Assembly: GCA_041906785.1 (NCBI GenBank)
Contig: JAYRIM010000028.1
Location: 121,661 to 185,660 of the forward strand
Length of the DNA stretch: 64,000 nt
Direction: 5' to 3'
DNA from: Candidatus Levyibacteriota bacterium
GTDB lineage: Bacteria; Patescibacteriota; Microgenomatia; Levybacterales; UBA12049
Each line of letters opens with the position of its first letter. The stretch's first letter is position 1. The notes beneath the pieces were generated by a model that worked only from the letters and a program-made list of their open reading frames with translations, did not search any database and had not been told where the DNA came from. Below, piece by piece: positions 55,621-64,000 of this stretch. The translations under genes and the position numbers were made by a program.

Positions 55621-56952
55621 ATGGAGAAATTTGTTATCAAAGGTGGTAATACATTACAGGGTACTGTAAAAATTTCAGGAGCTAAAAACGCTGCATTAAA
55701 AGCTCTCGTTGCTGCATGTTTAACAGACGAGACTGTCACACTTCATAATGTTCCTCATATTGCTGATATTTTCGTCATGATCGATATTATGAAAAACCTA
55801 GGTGCTGAGGTTGTGCTTCATGATCATAGTTTATCGATTACCATGAAAAAGTTTAACCATTTTTCTATCCCGCTGGATAAAGCGGCACTTGCGCGTACAT
55901 CAGCCATGTTTATCGCGCCATTGCTTGCACGCACAAAGGAAGCAATTATTCCAAATCCAGGTGGCTGCCGTCTTGGAGCACGACCAATTGACCGAACAGT
56001 AGAAGGAATAGAGAAAATGAATACAGAAATTACGTATCACAGCGAAGATGGATATTTTCATGCTAAAACTACGGGTTTAAAAGGTATTACATACCGATTT
56101 GCAAAAAGTACACATACAGGTACAGAGACAATGATTCTTGCTGCAGTGTTGGCTAAAGGAAAAACAGTTTTAGAGAATGCAGCAGAAGAGCCTGAAATAG
56201 ATGATGTGATCAATTTACTAAATGCAATGGGAGGAAAGGTGAAACGAAATGGAAAAAGACAAATAACTATTGAAGGCGTTGAGAAACTTCATGGAGCTGA
56301 CTTTACCATAAGTCCTGATAGGATAGAAGCTGTAACATTTGCTATCTGTGCCTACATTACTGGTGGAGATATCTTCGTGAAAGATGCACATAAAACACAC
56401 ATAAAAGCGTTTCTTGAGAGATTAGATCAGATCGGAGCACGTTATGAAATAAAAGAAGATGGTATTAGATTCTTTACAAACGGTATATTAAAAGCTGTTG
56501 ACGTGACAACTGATATTCACCCAGGTTTTTTAAATGATTGGCAAGCACCATGGGCGGTATTAATGACGCAAGCTGAAGGAGTGTCAACAATTCATGAGAC
56601 AGTATTCGAAAATAAACTTGGCTATGTGAAAGATTTAAAAAAAATGGGTGCAAAAGTACAACTATTTAATCCTCCAGTATCTAATAAAGAGGAGGTTTAT
56701 AATTTTAATTTGGAAGATGATCGGCCTGAATATTTTCATGCAGTAAAAATTACCGGTCCGGCGAAATTACATAACGCGGTTATGACGACACTGGATATTC
56801 GTGCGGGCGCAGCAATAGTTTTGGCTGCTTTAGCAGCAAAAGGTACAAGCATTATTTATGGTGTCGAAAAACTGGATCGTGGATATGAACGTTTTGAAGA
56901 ACGTTTAACATCACTCGGTGCAAATATAAAAAGGGTAAAGGAGGTAATATGA
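55621..56952 (+). CDS. murA: UDP-GlcNAc 1-carboxyvinyltransferase
   Basis: GAKNA, PGGCRLGARP (Cys retained), DIRAG, DRGYE. Confidence 0.96.
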   Translation: MEKFVIKGGNTLQGTVKISGAKNAALKALVAACLTDETVTLHNVPHIADIFVMIDIMKNLGAEVVLHDHSLSITMKKFNHFSIPLDKAALARTSAMFIAPLLARTKEAIIPNPGGCRLGARPIDRTVEGIEKMNTEITYHSEDGYFHAKTTGLKGITYRFAKSTHTGTETMILAAVLAKGKTVLENAAEEPEIDDVINLLNAMGGKVKRNGKRQITIEGVEKLHGADFTISPDRIEAVTFAICAYITGGDIFVKDAHKTHIKAFLERLDQIGARYEIKEDGIRFFTNGILKAVDVTTDIHPGFLNDWQAPWAVLMTQAEGVSTIHETVFENKLGYVKDLKKMGAKVQLFNPPVSNKEEVYNFNLEDDRPEYFHAVKITGPAKLHNAVMTTLDIRAGAAIVLAALAAKGTSIIYGVEKLDRGYERFEERLTSLGANIKRVKEVI

Positions 56953-57704
56953 AAAAGATAGGCGCAATTATTTTAGCGGGTGGCAAAGGCACACGAATGA
57001 AAATGAAAACGACAAATAAAGTTACGATGAAACTTGGGGAAAAACCTATGGTGAAACATATCGTTGAGTTTATGCAAGGATTAGGAATAGATACGATTGT
57101 CGTTGTTGTCGGCTTCGCGAAAGAGTCAGTCATGGATGCATTAAAAGGTAAGGACGTCATCTTTGCAGAACAAAAAAAGCGTCTAGGTACTGGACATGCT
57201 ATCGTTTGTGCATTACGCACATTACCTAAAGATATTACCGATGTATTAGTTGTCTATGGAGATGATGCAGTATTATATGCAGAAAAAAATATTCCTACAA
57301 TTAAAAAATTATTTGAAGTGCATGACGAAAGAAATGACGCTGTGACTTTTTTAACTATAGAACAACCGAATCCATTTGGTTTAGGCAGGATTATTCGAGA
57401 TAAAGAAGGAAAAGTACAGGCCATTATTGAAGAAAAGGATGCTACAGAAGAGCAACGAAAAATTACTGAAATAAATCCGGGATGTTTTCTTTTCTCAGTT
57501 TCTTTTCTTAATAAATATCTTTCAAAAATAAAGAAAAGTCCAATAACAGGGGAGTATTACATTAATAGTTTTATAGATCTTGCGATTGCGCATGGAGAGC
57601 TAGTGAAGACAGTTCAAGGAGGATATATGGCTTGGCGAGGAGTAAACACGCATGACGAACTGCACCAAGCAGAGCAGTTGTTTACCAATGTTCGTTCTGC
57701 TTAA
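56949..57704 (+). CDS. glmU: GlmU N-terminal uridyltransferase domain, standalone
   Basis: LAGGKGTRM, LGTGHA, YGD, IEEKDA, EYY, GVN; no beta-helix. Confidence 0.8.
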   Translation: MKKIGAIILAGGKGTRMKMKTTNKVTMKLGEKPMVKHIVEFMQGLGIDTIVVVVGFAKESVMDALKGKDVIFAEQKKRLGTGHAIVCALRTLPKDITDVLVVYGDDAVLYAEKNIPTIKKLFEVHDERNDAVTFLTIEQPNPFGLGRIIRDKEGKVQAIIEEKDATEEQRKITEINPGCFLFSVSFLNKYLSKIKKSPITGEYYINSFIDLAIAHGELVKTVQGGYMAWRGVNTHDELHQAEQLFTNVRSA

Positions 57705-57709
57705 CATCT

Positions 57710-58348
57710 ATGGAGCAATATTCTCATAATACTTTTTTCGATATTTCAGAATTTCCTTATAAAGGCGTTTTTGAAAATGTCTACTCTGTCTGGGAAGCGA
57801 TAGGAAGATTAAAATTTTATATAGATGAACTCTTCAGTAGTAAGATAATTCAGGCTAATTATCAGAAAGCTCCTTTAGTATTTCTAGGGAAGAATGTCGT
57901 GATAGACGAAGGAATAAAGATAGAAGGTCCGGCTATCATAGGAGATAACAGTGTCATTAGGCATGGAGCATTGCTGCGAGCGTATTGTTTACTAGGCAAT
58001 AATGTCATCATCGGACATGGATGTGAAATAAAACATAGCATTTTTTTAAATAATGCTTCTGCTGCACACCTGAATTATGTTGGTGATAGTATTATCGGAA
58101 ATAACGTAAATATTGCAGGTGGTGCTATTACTGCAAACTTTCGACTTGATAAACAGAAAGTTAGAATCAAACATGGTACTAAAATCCTTGATACTCAGTT
58201 AGAAAAGTTAGGTGCTGTTATAGGAGATGGTTCAAATATAGGCGTAAATGCTGTTTTGAATCCAGGAACACTACTTGGAAAAAATACCATCGTATATCCA
58301 TTAACTTCAGTAAGAGGTGTACACGACAATAACGCAATTATAAAATGA
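57710..58348 (+). CDS. left-handed beta-helix acetyltransferase (GlmU C-terminal-like)
   Basis: Hexapeptide repeats, AHLNYVGDSIIG, KLGAVIGD. Confidence 0.8.
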   Translation: MEQYSHNTFFDISEFPYKGVFENVYSVWEAIGRLKFYIDELFSSKIIQANYQKAPLVFLGKNVVIDEGIKIEGPAIIGDNSVIRHGALLRAYCLLGNNVIIGHGCEIKHSIFLNNASAAHLNYVGDSIIGNNVNIAGGAITANFRLDKQKVRIKHGTKILDTQLEKLGAVIGDGSNIGVNAVLNPGTLLGKNTIVYPLTSVRGVHDNNAIIK

Positions 58349-58827
58349 AAAAAGATACGATCGTTCTTTTCGATATCGATGATGTTTTATTTGATACACA
58401 GCATTTTATAGAGACAAATCTCGAAGAATTTAGATTATATGAAGATGCTGAAGCAGTTTTGAAAAAAATAGCGCCCTTTGCTGAGATAGGAATATTATCT
58501 CAAGGTGAATATGATTTTCAATTAAAAAAGCTTATCCAGACAGGCATTAGACATGAAATCGTTTCGGAACATATGCATATAGTACCTGCGAAAGATCAAA
58601 CAATGGTAAAAGTATTAGAAAAATATAGAATTAATAGCAAGAGAGTTTTTTTTATAGATGACCGTTTAAATGGTTTATATCACACGAAAATGATCCTACC
58701 TCAAATAACAACAATTTTATTAAAACGAGGACGATATATTGATAACCAAGAGGAAATTAATGATTTTAAACCCGATAGAATCATACACAAACTCGAAGAG
58801 ATTATTGATATAATCAAAGGCGAATAA
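58345..58827 (+). CDS. HAD-family hydrolase
   Basis: FDIDDVLFDT, FIDDR. Confidence 0.85.
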   Translation: MKKDTIVLFDIDDVLFDTQHFIETNLEEFRLYEDAEAVLKKIAPFAEIGILSQGEYDFQLKKLIQTGIRHEIVSEHMHIVPAKDQTMVKVLEKYRINSKRVFFIDDRLNGLYHTKMILPQITTILLKRGRYIDNQEEINDFKPDRIIHKLEEIIDIIKGE

Positions 58828-58832
58828 CGACT

Positions 58833-60611
58833 ATGTGCGGAATATTTGGATATATCGGTACTAAAAAAGATGCACCTATGATGGTATTTGAAGGTTTAAA
58901 ACTTCTTGAATATCGTGGCTATGATTCCTGGGGGATTGCTACGAAAAATAGCAGTGGTGAATTAAAAGTTGAGAAATACACGGGTAAAATTGCTGAAAAT
59001 GAGAAAAACATTCAGATTGTAAAGCTTCCATCAAACATGGCGATTGGTCATACTCGTTGGGCAACCCATGGTGGAGTAACAGTGACAAACGCTCATCCTC
59101 ATTTCGACTGCAATAAACAATTAGCTCTTATCCATAATGGTATTATCGAAAATTATGTTGAGCTTCGCGATGAATTACTCGAAAAAGGACACAAATTTAT
59201 TTCAGAAACAGATACTGAAGTTGCGGTCCATTTGATTGAAGAAAATATAAAAAATGAAGGTTTCGCATCCGCGGTTCGAGATAGTTTTAACAGAATGAAA
59301 GGGTTAAATGCAATCGTAGTAATGAACGCTGCATCCCAAGAAATTATTACAGCGAAAAATGGTTCACCAATCGTCATTGGGAAGGACAGCACTGGATTAT
59401 ATATAGCATCTGACGCATCAGGAATTATAAAACACACACGAGATGTACTTTTTCTCGAGGATAATCAAATGGCGATTTTAGGAAAAACATTAAAAGTAAT
59501 TAAACTTCCGGAAGGTGAACCTATTACTCCTGAATTCCGAACTATAGAGTGGAAATTTGAAGAAAGTACTTTAGGAGACTATCCACATTATTTGTTAAAA
59601 GAAATACATGAACAACCACGTGTTTTGCGAAATATAGCGCTTTCATATGCTGATGAAACGAAACGGTTTGCCAATTTAATAGAAAAAGCGTTCGGTACAT
59701 TTATGTTAGGTTGTGGTACAGCTTCATACGCAGCGTTAAGTGGTACGTATCTTTTTTCGAAAATTGCTAAAAAACATGTTAATTTTGCTGTCGCGTCAGA
59801 ATTTAATTATTTGGAAGATTATCTAACCTCTGAAAGTCTCCTTATTCCAATATCTCAGAGTGGTGAAACAATTGATGTTGTGGAATGTGTAGGTAATGCA
59901 AAAAAACATGGTGCTAGAATTGCAGCGATAGTTAACGTTCTCGGTTCCACATTATATCGTCAGGCAGATAGTAGTGTTTTACTTGGTGCAGGTCCTGAGC
60001 GAGCCGTAATAGCTACAAAAAGCTTTATTGCAATGATTTCCGTGCTTCTTCTTACAGCCTATACATTAGCTGATAAACAAAAAGAAGGCATGAAACTTCT
60101 CGAACAAACAGCAGATGACATAGATGCAATATTAAAACCTTCGTATGTCGAGCAGGTTGTAAAACTTGCTGAAAATTTGAAAAATAAAGATCATGTTTTT
60201 ATCATAGGCCGAGGACTTTCATATGCAACATCACTTGAGGGTGCTTTAAAACTGAAGGAGACATGTTATATCCATGCTGAAGGTTTCGCTGGTGGGGAAT
60301 TAAAACATGGTGTTATAGCATTAATTGAACCTGGAACACCATGTATAGTTTTCGCACCCGATGATGAAACGTATGATGCAATAATTTCAAATGCTCAAGA
60401 AGTGAAAGCCCGTGGTGGATATATTATTGGTATTGGTCCTAAAAAGCATATCGTTTTTGATACATTCTTGCAGACAGCAGATGCTAAAGAAGCGACAATG
60501 ATTCCCCAAGTAGTTATCGCACAGCTATTAGCATATCACTTAGCATTAAAAAAAGGAATTAAAGATCCTGATAAACCGCGTAACCTTGCTAAGAGTGTTA
60601 CTGTGAAATAA
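58833..60611 (+). CDS. glmS: glutamine--fructose-6-phosphate aminotransferase
   Basis: MCGIFG, HTRWATHG, SQSGET, PRNLAKSVTV. Confidence 0.98.
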   Translation: MCGIFGYIGTKKDAPMMVFEGLKLLEYRGYDSWGIATKNSSGELKVEKYTGKIAENEKNIQIVKLPSNMAIGHTRWATHGGVTVTNAHPHFDCNKQLALIHNGIIENYVELRDELLEKGHKFISETDTEVAVHLIEENIKNEGFASAVRDSFNRMKGLNAIVVMNAASQEIITAKNGSPIVIGKDSTGLYIASDASGIIKHTRDVLFLEDNQMAILGKTLKVIKLPEGEPITPEFRTIEWKFEESTLGDYPHYLLKEIHEQPRVLRNIALSYADETKRFANLIEKAFGTFMLGCGTASYAALSGTYLFSKIAKKHVNFAVASEFNYLEDYLTSESLLIPISQSGETIDVVECVGNAKKHGARIAAIVNVLGSTLYRQADSSVLLGAGPERAVIATKSFIAMISVLLLTAYTLADKQKEGMKLLEQTADDIDAILKPSYVEQVVKLAENLKNKDHVFIIGRGLSYATSLEGALKLKETCYIHAEGFAGGELKHGVIALIEPGTPCIVFAPDDETYDAIISNAQEVKARGGYIIGIGPKKHIVFDTFLQTADAKEATMIPQVVIAQLLAYHLALKKGIKDPDKPRNLAKSVTVK

Positions 60612-60693
60612 AGTATTTTTTATTATTGAAAATCCGTTAGAAATCTTGCTAACATTATTCGATAATCCTGCCACTACGTCCCTGCCTTTTTCT

Positions 60694-62307
60694 ATGAATA
60701 TTCTTTTCGTGTTAACAACATGCTTTTTTTATATTTGGATCATTCGTAATATATCTTTTTGGTTGTTTCACCTGCAAGAAAACGAATATCGCGGATATGC
60801 TTTATTTCAAAAAAAGTATTTCTTTAATAAAAACCTCGTTATATTATTATTATTGCAAGCTCTAGGAATAGCTGGATATATACTGTCTATCTTTATTGAC
60901 TCAGTTTCCCAAATAAGTCATATAATCATTTTCTCGGTATATCTATTTCAAGGCACAATTCTCTTTAGAGAAATCGTTTCACATCAATTTTTGATACCTA
61001 AAATAACGAAAAAATTTTTATTCCTTTTTTTACCTACTTTTTGCATTCTATACATTTTATTTTCTATACCACTTTTAGATAAATTTGTCTGGCTAATTGT
61101 TCTAGATCGGTTAACACTGCCTATTATCTTGTTTTTTGTTTTCAGCTATTCCTTTCCCATGGAAGTTTATAACGATATTATTTTGGAACGTGTGAGTAAA
61201 AAAAGAAAAACATTTAAACAAACGAAAATTATATGCATAGCTGGTGATGAATTAAAAAATCTTATTGCTTATTTTTTAGGTGAAATAGTTGCTAAATCCT
61301 ATGAAGTCATCCTGACGAAAGGCTCTCCTTATCTTCTTGAAGGTATATCAGAAGTTATAAACAAAGAAATTACAGATAATAAAACCGCTGTAATAATCCC
61401 CATTGAAGGGAATAACCGTGAAGATCTCAGCATTATTGTACAGACTTTAGGACCTGATATCGGAATCTATACTGATGTAGTGGGATTTCCGCTAAAAGGA
61501 ATAGAAGAAAAAGCCTATGTGCAGAAAATTAGTGAATTTTTTTTGCAAAATACATACTCCATACAGTTTCTTTCGTTAACTGGTAAGTACGCAGAAAAAT
61601 GTATAGATCTTATCATTAAAAAAAATGTAGATAAAAATATTCATACTCTTCGTTTAAAAAGTTCGGAGCCAAACTTAGCCATCGAAGATACTTCGAATAT
61701 GTATTTATATGTGAACGAAATGAATAAGCAGGGTGCAAGTTTTACTCTTAGATACAAGCAGAAAATATATACGTTAAAAACATCTATGAAAGGGGAACAA
61801 ACAATCTGGGCTTTATCGACAGCTGTATATATAGCTGATTACCTTGGCATTCCCTCTATAGATATCGAAGAAAAAGTTTCTGAGATAAAAGTTCCTGAAG
61901 GGTATATGTCCCATCATGCTTTTCTAAAAAGTCAGATTATTGATGCATCTGCATTTTCTAGTACATATATATTGGCAATTCTTCGGTATCTACATTTTTT
62001 TACAGGGAAAAAACTTATTATTCTGTCAGACGAAGGATTAAATAACAAAATAGTTCGTGAGGTTTTATTCGAGTTAAAAAATAGTGCTCCTGGAGAGTAC
62101 ACTTTTTTAGCGAATGATGAGATATATAAAAAATTGATTCGTCATTTTTCACCATTATCACCTATACGTTTAATACTATACTCCAGAAACGAACAGGTAA
62201 TTCGTCTGCTGAAACATTATCTAAAAGGAAAAGAAGATATTGCTGCATTTTTGGGTAATGCATCTAAATCTTTAATAGAAAATATTCTCAGAGAGCTGGA
62301 AAGTTAG
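60694..62307 (+). CDS. highly degenerate MurF-like protein with N-terminal TMs
   Basis: Position before mraY; remnants KIICIAG, PDIGIYT, IIDAS; no P-loop. Confidence 0.5.
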   Translation: MNILFVLTTCFFYIWIIRNISFWLFHLQENEYRGYALFQKKYFFNKNLVILLLLQALGIAGYILSIFIDSVSQISHIIIFSVYLFQGTILFREIVSHQFLIPKITKKFLFLFLPTFCILYILFSIPLLDKFVWLIVLDRLTLPIILFFVFSYSFPMEVYNDIILERVSKKRKTFKQTKIICIAGDELKNLIAYFLGEIVAKSYEVILTKGSPYLLEGISEVINKEITDNKTAVIIPIEGNNREDLSIIVQTLGPDIGIYTDVVGFPLKGIEEKAYVQKISEFFLQNTYSIQFLSLTGKYAEKCIDLIIKKNVDKNIHTLRLKSSEPNLAIEDTSNMYLYVNEMNKQGASFTLRYKQKIYTLKTSMKGEQTIWALSTAVYIADYLGIPSIDIEEKVSEIKVPEGYMSHHAFLKSQIIDASAFSSTYILAILRYLHFFTGKKLIILSDEGLNNKIVREVLFELKNSAPGEYTFLANDEIYKKLIRHFSPLSPIRLILYSRNEQVIRLLKHYLKGKEDIAAFLGNASKSLIENILRELES

Positions 62308-62355
62308 GATATCAATTGTTGAATAGATATGCTAATACCAGTATAATTAACAGAT

Positions 62356-63360
62356 ATGGCATCTTTATTAGGTTTGACCATAATGGCCTTTTTTATTACT
62401 ATAATACTTTTGGTTCCTTTCATAGACTTTCTCTACGCTGTAAAGCTGAAAAGACGAACACAGAAAACTCGTGATCCTTTTGATAATAGAACTCCCTTAT
62501 TTGATAAATTCAATGAATGGAAAGTAGGTACTCCTTTCGGAGGAGGCTTGTTAATAATCATTATTGTACTTGTTCTATCGTTATGGGCATATGGGATGCT
62601 GGATATAAATGTAAATCCATGGGAACTTTTCGTGCTCATTTTTTCACTTGTTGGCTTTGGTTCTTTAGGATTATATGATGATTTTAAGAAGCTGGTGAGT
62701 GGATCGAACGAGTTTTTTGGTTTGCGATTACGGTATAAATTTATTATTCAATGGATTTTAGCATTCATAATCGCAAGCGTCTTCTATTTAAAACTCGGTT
62801 ATGATTTTATTTATCTTTATGGGAGTGTTATGAATATCGGAGCATTTTTTATACCTATAGCGGCTTTCGTTATCGTAGCTTTTGTAAATGCGTTTAATAT
62901 TACTGATGGCTTAGATGGGCTCGCTTCAGGATTATTATTAATCTGTTTGTTAGCTCTTTTGGCTATAACAGCACAGATTCTGGATCAGACGCTCGGTATT
63001 TTTATCGCTGTGCTTGTAGGCAGTGTAGGAGCATTCTTGTACTTTAATACATATAAAGCGAGGTTATGGCTGGGAGATGTGGGATCACTTTCTTTAGGTG
63101 CAGCACTTGCTGTTATGGGACTACTTACAGGAAAAACACTTGCGCTTGGAATTATCGGCGGTGTATTTGTCGCTGAAGTAGCTTCTTCTTTTTTACAATT
63201 AACGAGTAAAAAATTCTTCAACAGGAAAGTACTACCAGCAGCTCCTTTACATCTATGGCTTTTAAAACGAGGATGGGAAGAACCAAAAATCGTAATGCGT
63301 GCATGGATTGTTGGGTTTTTCCTCGCTATTTTGGGATTGTATTTAGCTTTGGTACGTTAA
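62356..63360 (+). CDS. mraY: phospho-MurNAc-pentapeptide transferase
   Basis: KVGTPFGGG, DD, NAFNITDGLDGL, GDVGS, APLH. Confidence 0.93.
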   Translation: MASLLGLTIMAFFITIILLVPFIDFLYAVKLKRRTQKTRDPFDNRTPLFDKFNEWKVGTPFGGGLLIIIIVLVLSLWAYGMLDINVNPWELFVLIFSLVGFGSLGLYDDFKKLVSGSNEFFGLRLRYKFIIQWILAFIIASVFYLKLGYDFIYLYGSVMNIGAFFIPIAAFVIVAFVNAFNITDGLDGLASGLLLICLLALLAITAQILDQTLGIFIAVLVGSVGAFLYFNTYKARLWLGDVGSLSLGAALAVMGLLTGKTLALGIIGGVFVAEVASSFLQLTSKKFFNRKVLPAAPLHLWLLKRGWEEPKIVMRAWIVGFFLAILGLYLALVR

Positions 63361-63407
63361 TCTCCTTTTTTTCGACTTCGTTATCCATGGTATGATAATA
63401 CTAGACT

Positions 63408-64000
63408 ATGAAACGTTATGATTTTATACTTTTTTCATCTATTATTTTCCTCACATTATTCGGAATATTAATGATTTATAATGCTTCGTCTGTTATTGCA
63501 TTCAGAGATTTCGGAAATAAATATCATTATTTCACTGAACAGCTGACATGGATCATTCTAGGCTATTCAGCAATGATTTTTATGTCATATATAGATTATC
63601 ATTTGTATTATAAACTTGCTGTTCCTTTACTTATGATTGCCATTATTTTTCTGCTAGCTGTCTTTATACCTGGAATTGGCATATATGCTCTTGGAGCGCA
63701 TCGATGGATAAATTTACATTTTTTCGTTCTTCAACCAGCAGAATTTATTAAACTTACACTTGCTATCTATCTTTCTGCTTGGTTTTCGCATAAAGAACGT
63801 GAACGGTTTTTAGCTTTCTGTTTACTAATAGGCACAGTATTACTTCTTGTTATGTTACAGCCAGATATGGGAACCGCTTCAGTTATACTTTTCGAGGCAT
63901 TAGTTGTTTATTACTTGTCCGGTGGAAATATTATGCAGTTTGTATTTTTAATCCCTGTCTTGGCTATCGCTGGCTTTTTACTCATTAAAATCGCTCCATA
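63408..64000 (+). CDS. ftsW: FtsW/RodA SEDS protein (3'-truncated by the window end)
   Basis: Translated by hand: MIYNASS, GAHRWI, QPAEFIK, QPDMGT. Confidence 0.9.
   Translation, partial: MKRYDFILFSSIIFLTLFGILMIYNASSVIAFRDFGNKYHYFTEQLTWIILGYSAMIFMSYIDYHLYYKLAVPLLMIAIIFLLAVFIPGIGIYALGAHRWINLHFFVLQPAEFIKLTLAIYLSAWFSHKERERFLAFCLLIGTVLLLVMLQPDMGTASVILFEALVVYYLSGGNIMQFVFLIPVLAIAGFLLIKIAP

Overview
AT-rich bacterial chromosome segment. Gene content and style suggest Patescibacteria/CPR, probably Microgenomates (inferred from DUF5667 and DUF4012 proteins, alpha2-type GlyRS, a compact dcw cluster and few Shine-Dalgarno sites). Layout: (1) ~1-38.5 kb, a very large surface-glycan locus with about 18 GT2, GT4 and GT-C glycosyltransferases, NDP-sugar enzymes, a split transketolase, a sulfotransferase-like gene, ManC and a priming sugar transferase; (2) GxxExxY-recO-DMT-glyQS; (3) a GC-rich foreign cassette (ABC lipoprotein, permease, divergent nucleoside phosphorylase) joined to an AT-rich hpt-like gene; (4) the mraZ-rsmH-ftsL-ftsI...murE-murC-murA-split glmU-glmS-murF-like-mraY-ftsW cluster. 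The most striking signal is a set of small DNA repeat families tied to tiny nuclease genes. A GIY-YIG gene is bracketed by GTCAT...ATGAC palindromes that supply its start and stop codons. Three more copies of that palindrome sit in frame inside recO, glyQS and murE, each encoding VILS...Q(N/D)D. A GxxExxY gene is bracketed by mirror-image 9-12-9 spaced CGAAT arrays. Many 7-, 8- and 9-mer arrays occur between genes or in frame inside them. No rRNA, tRNA, CRISPR array or transposase was recognised.
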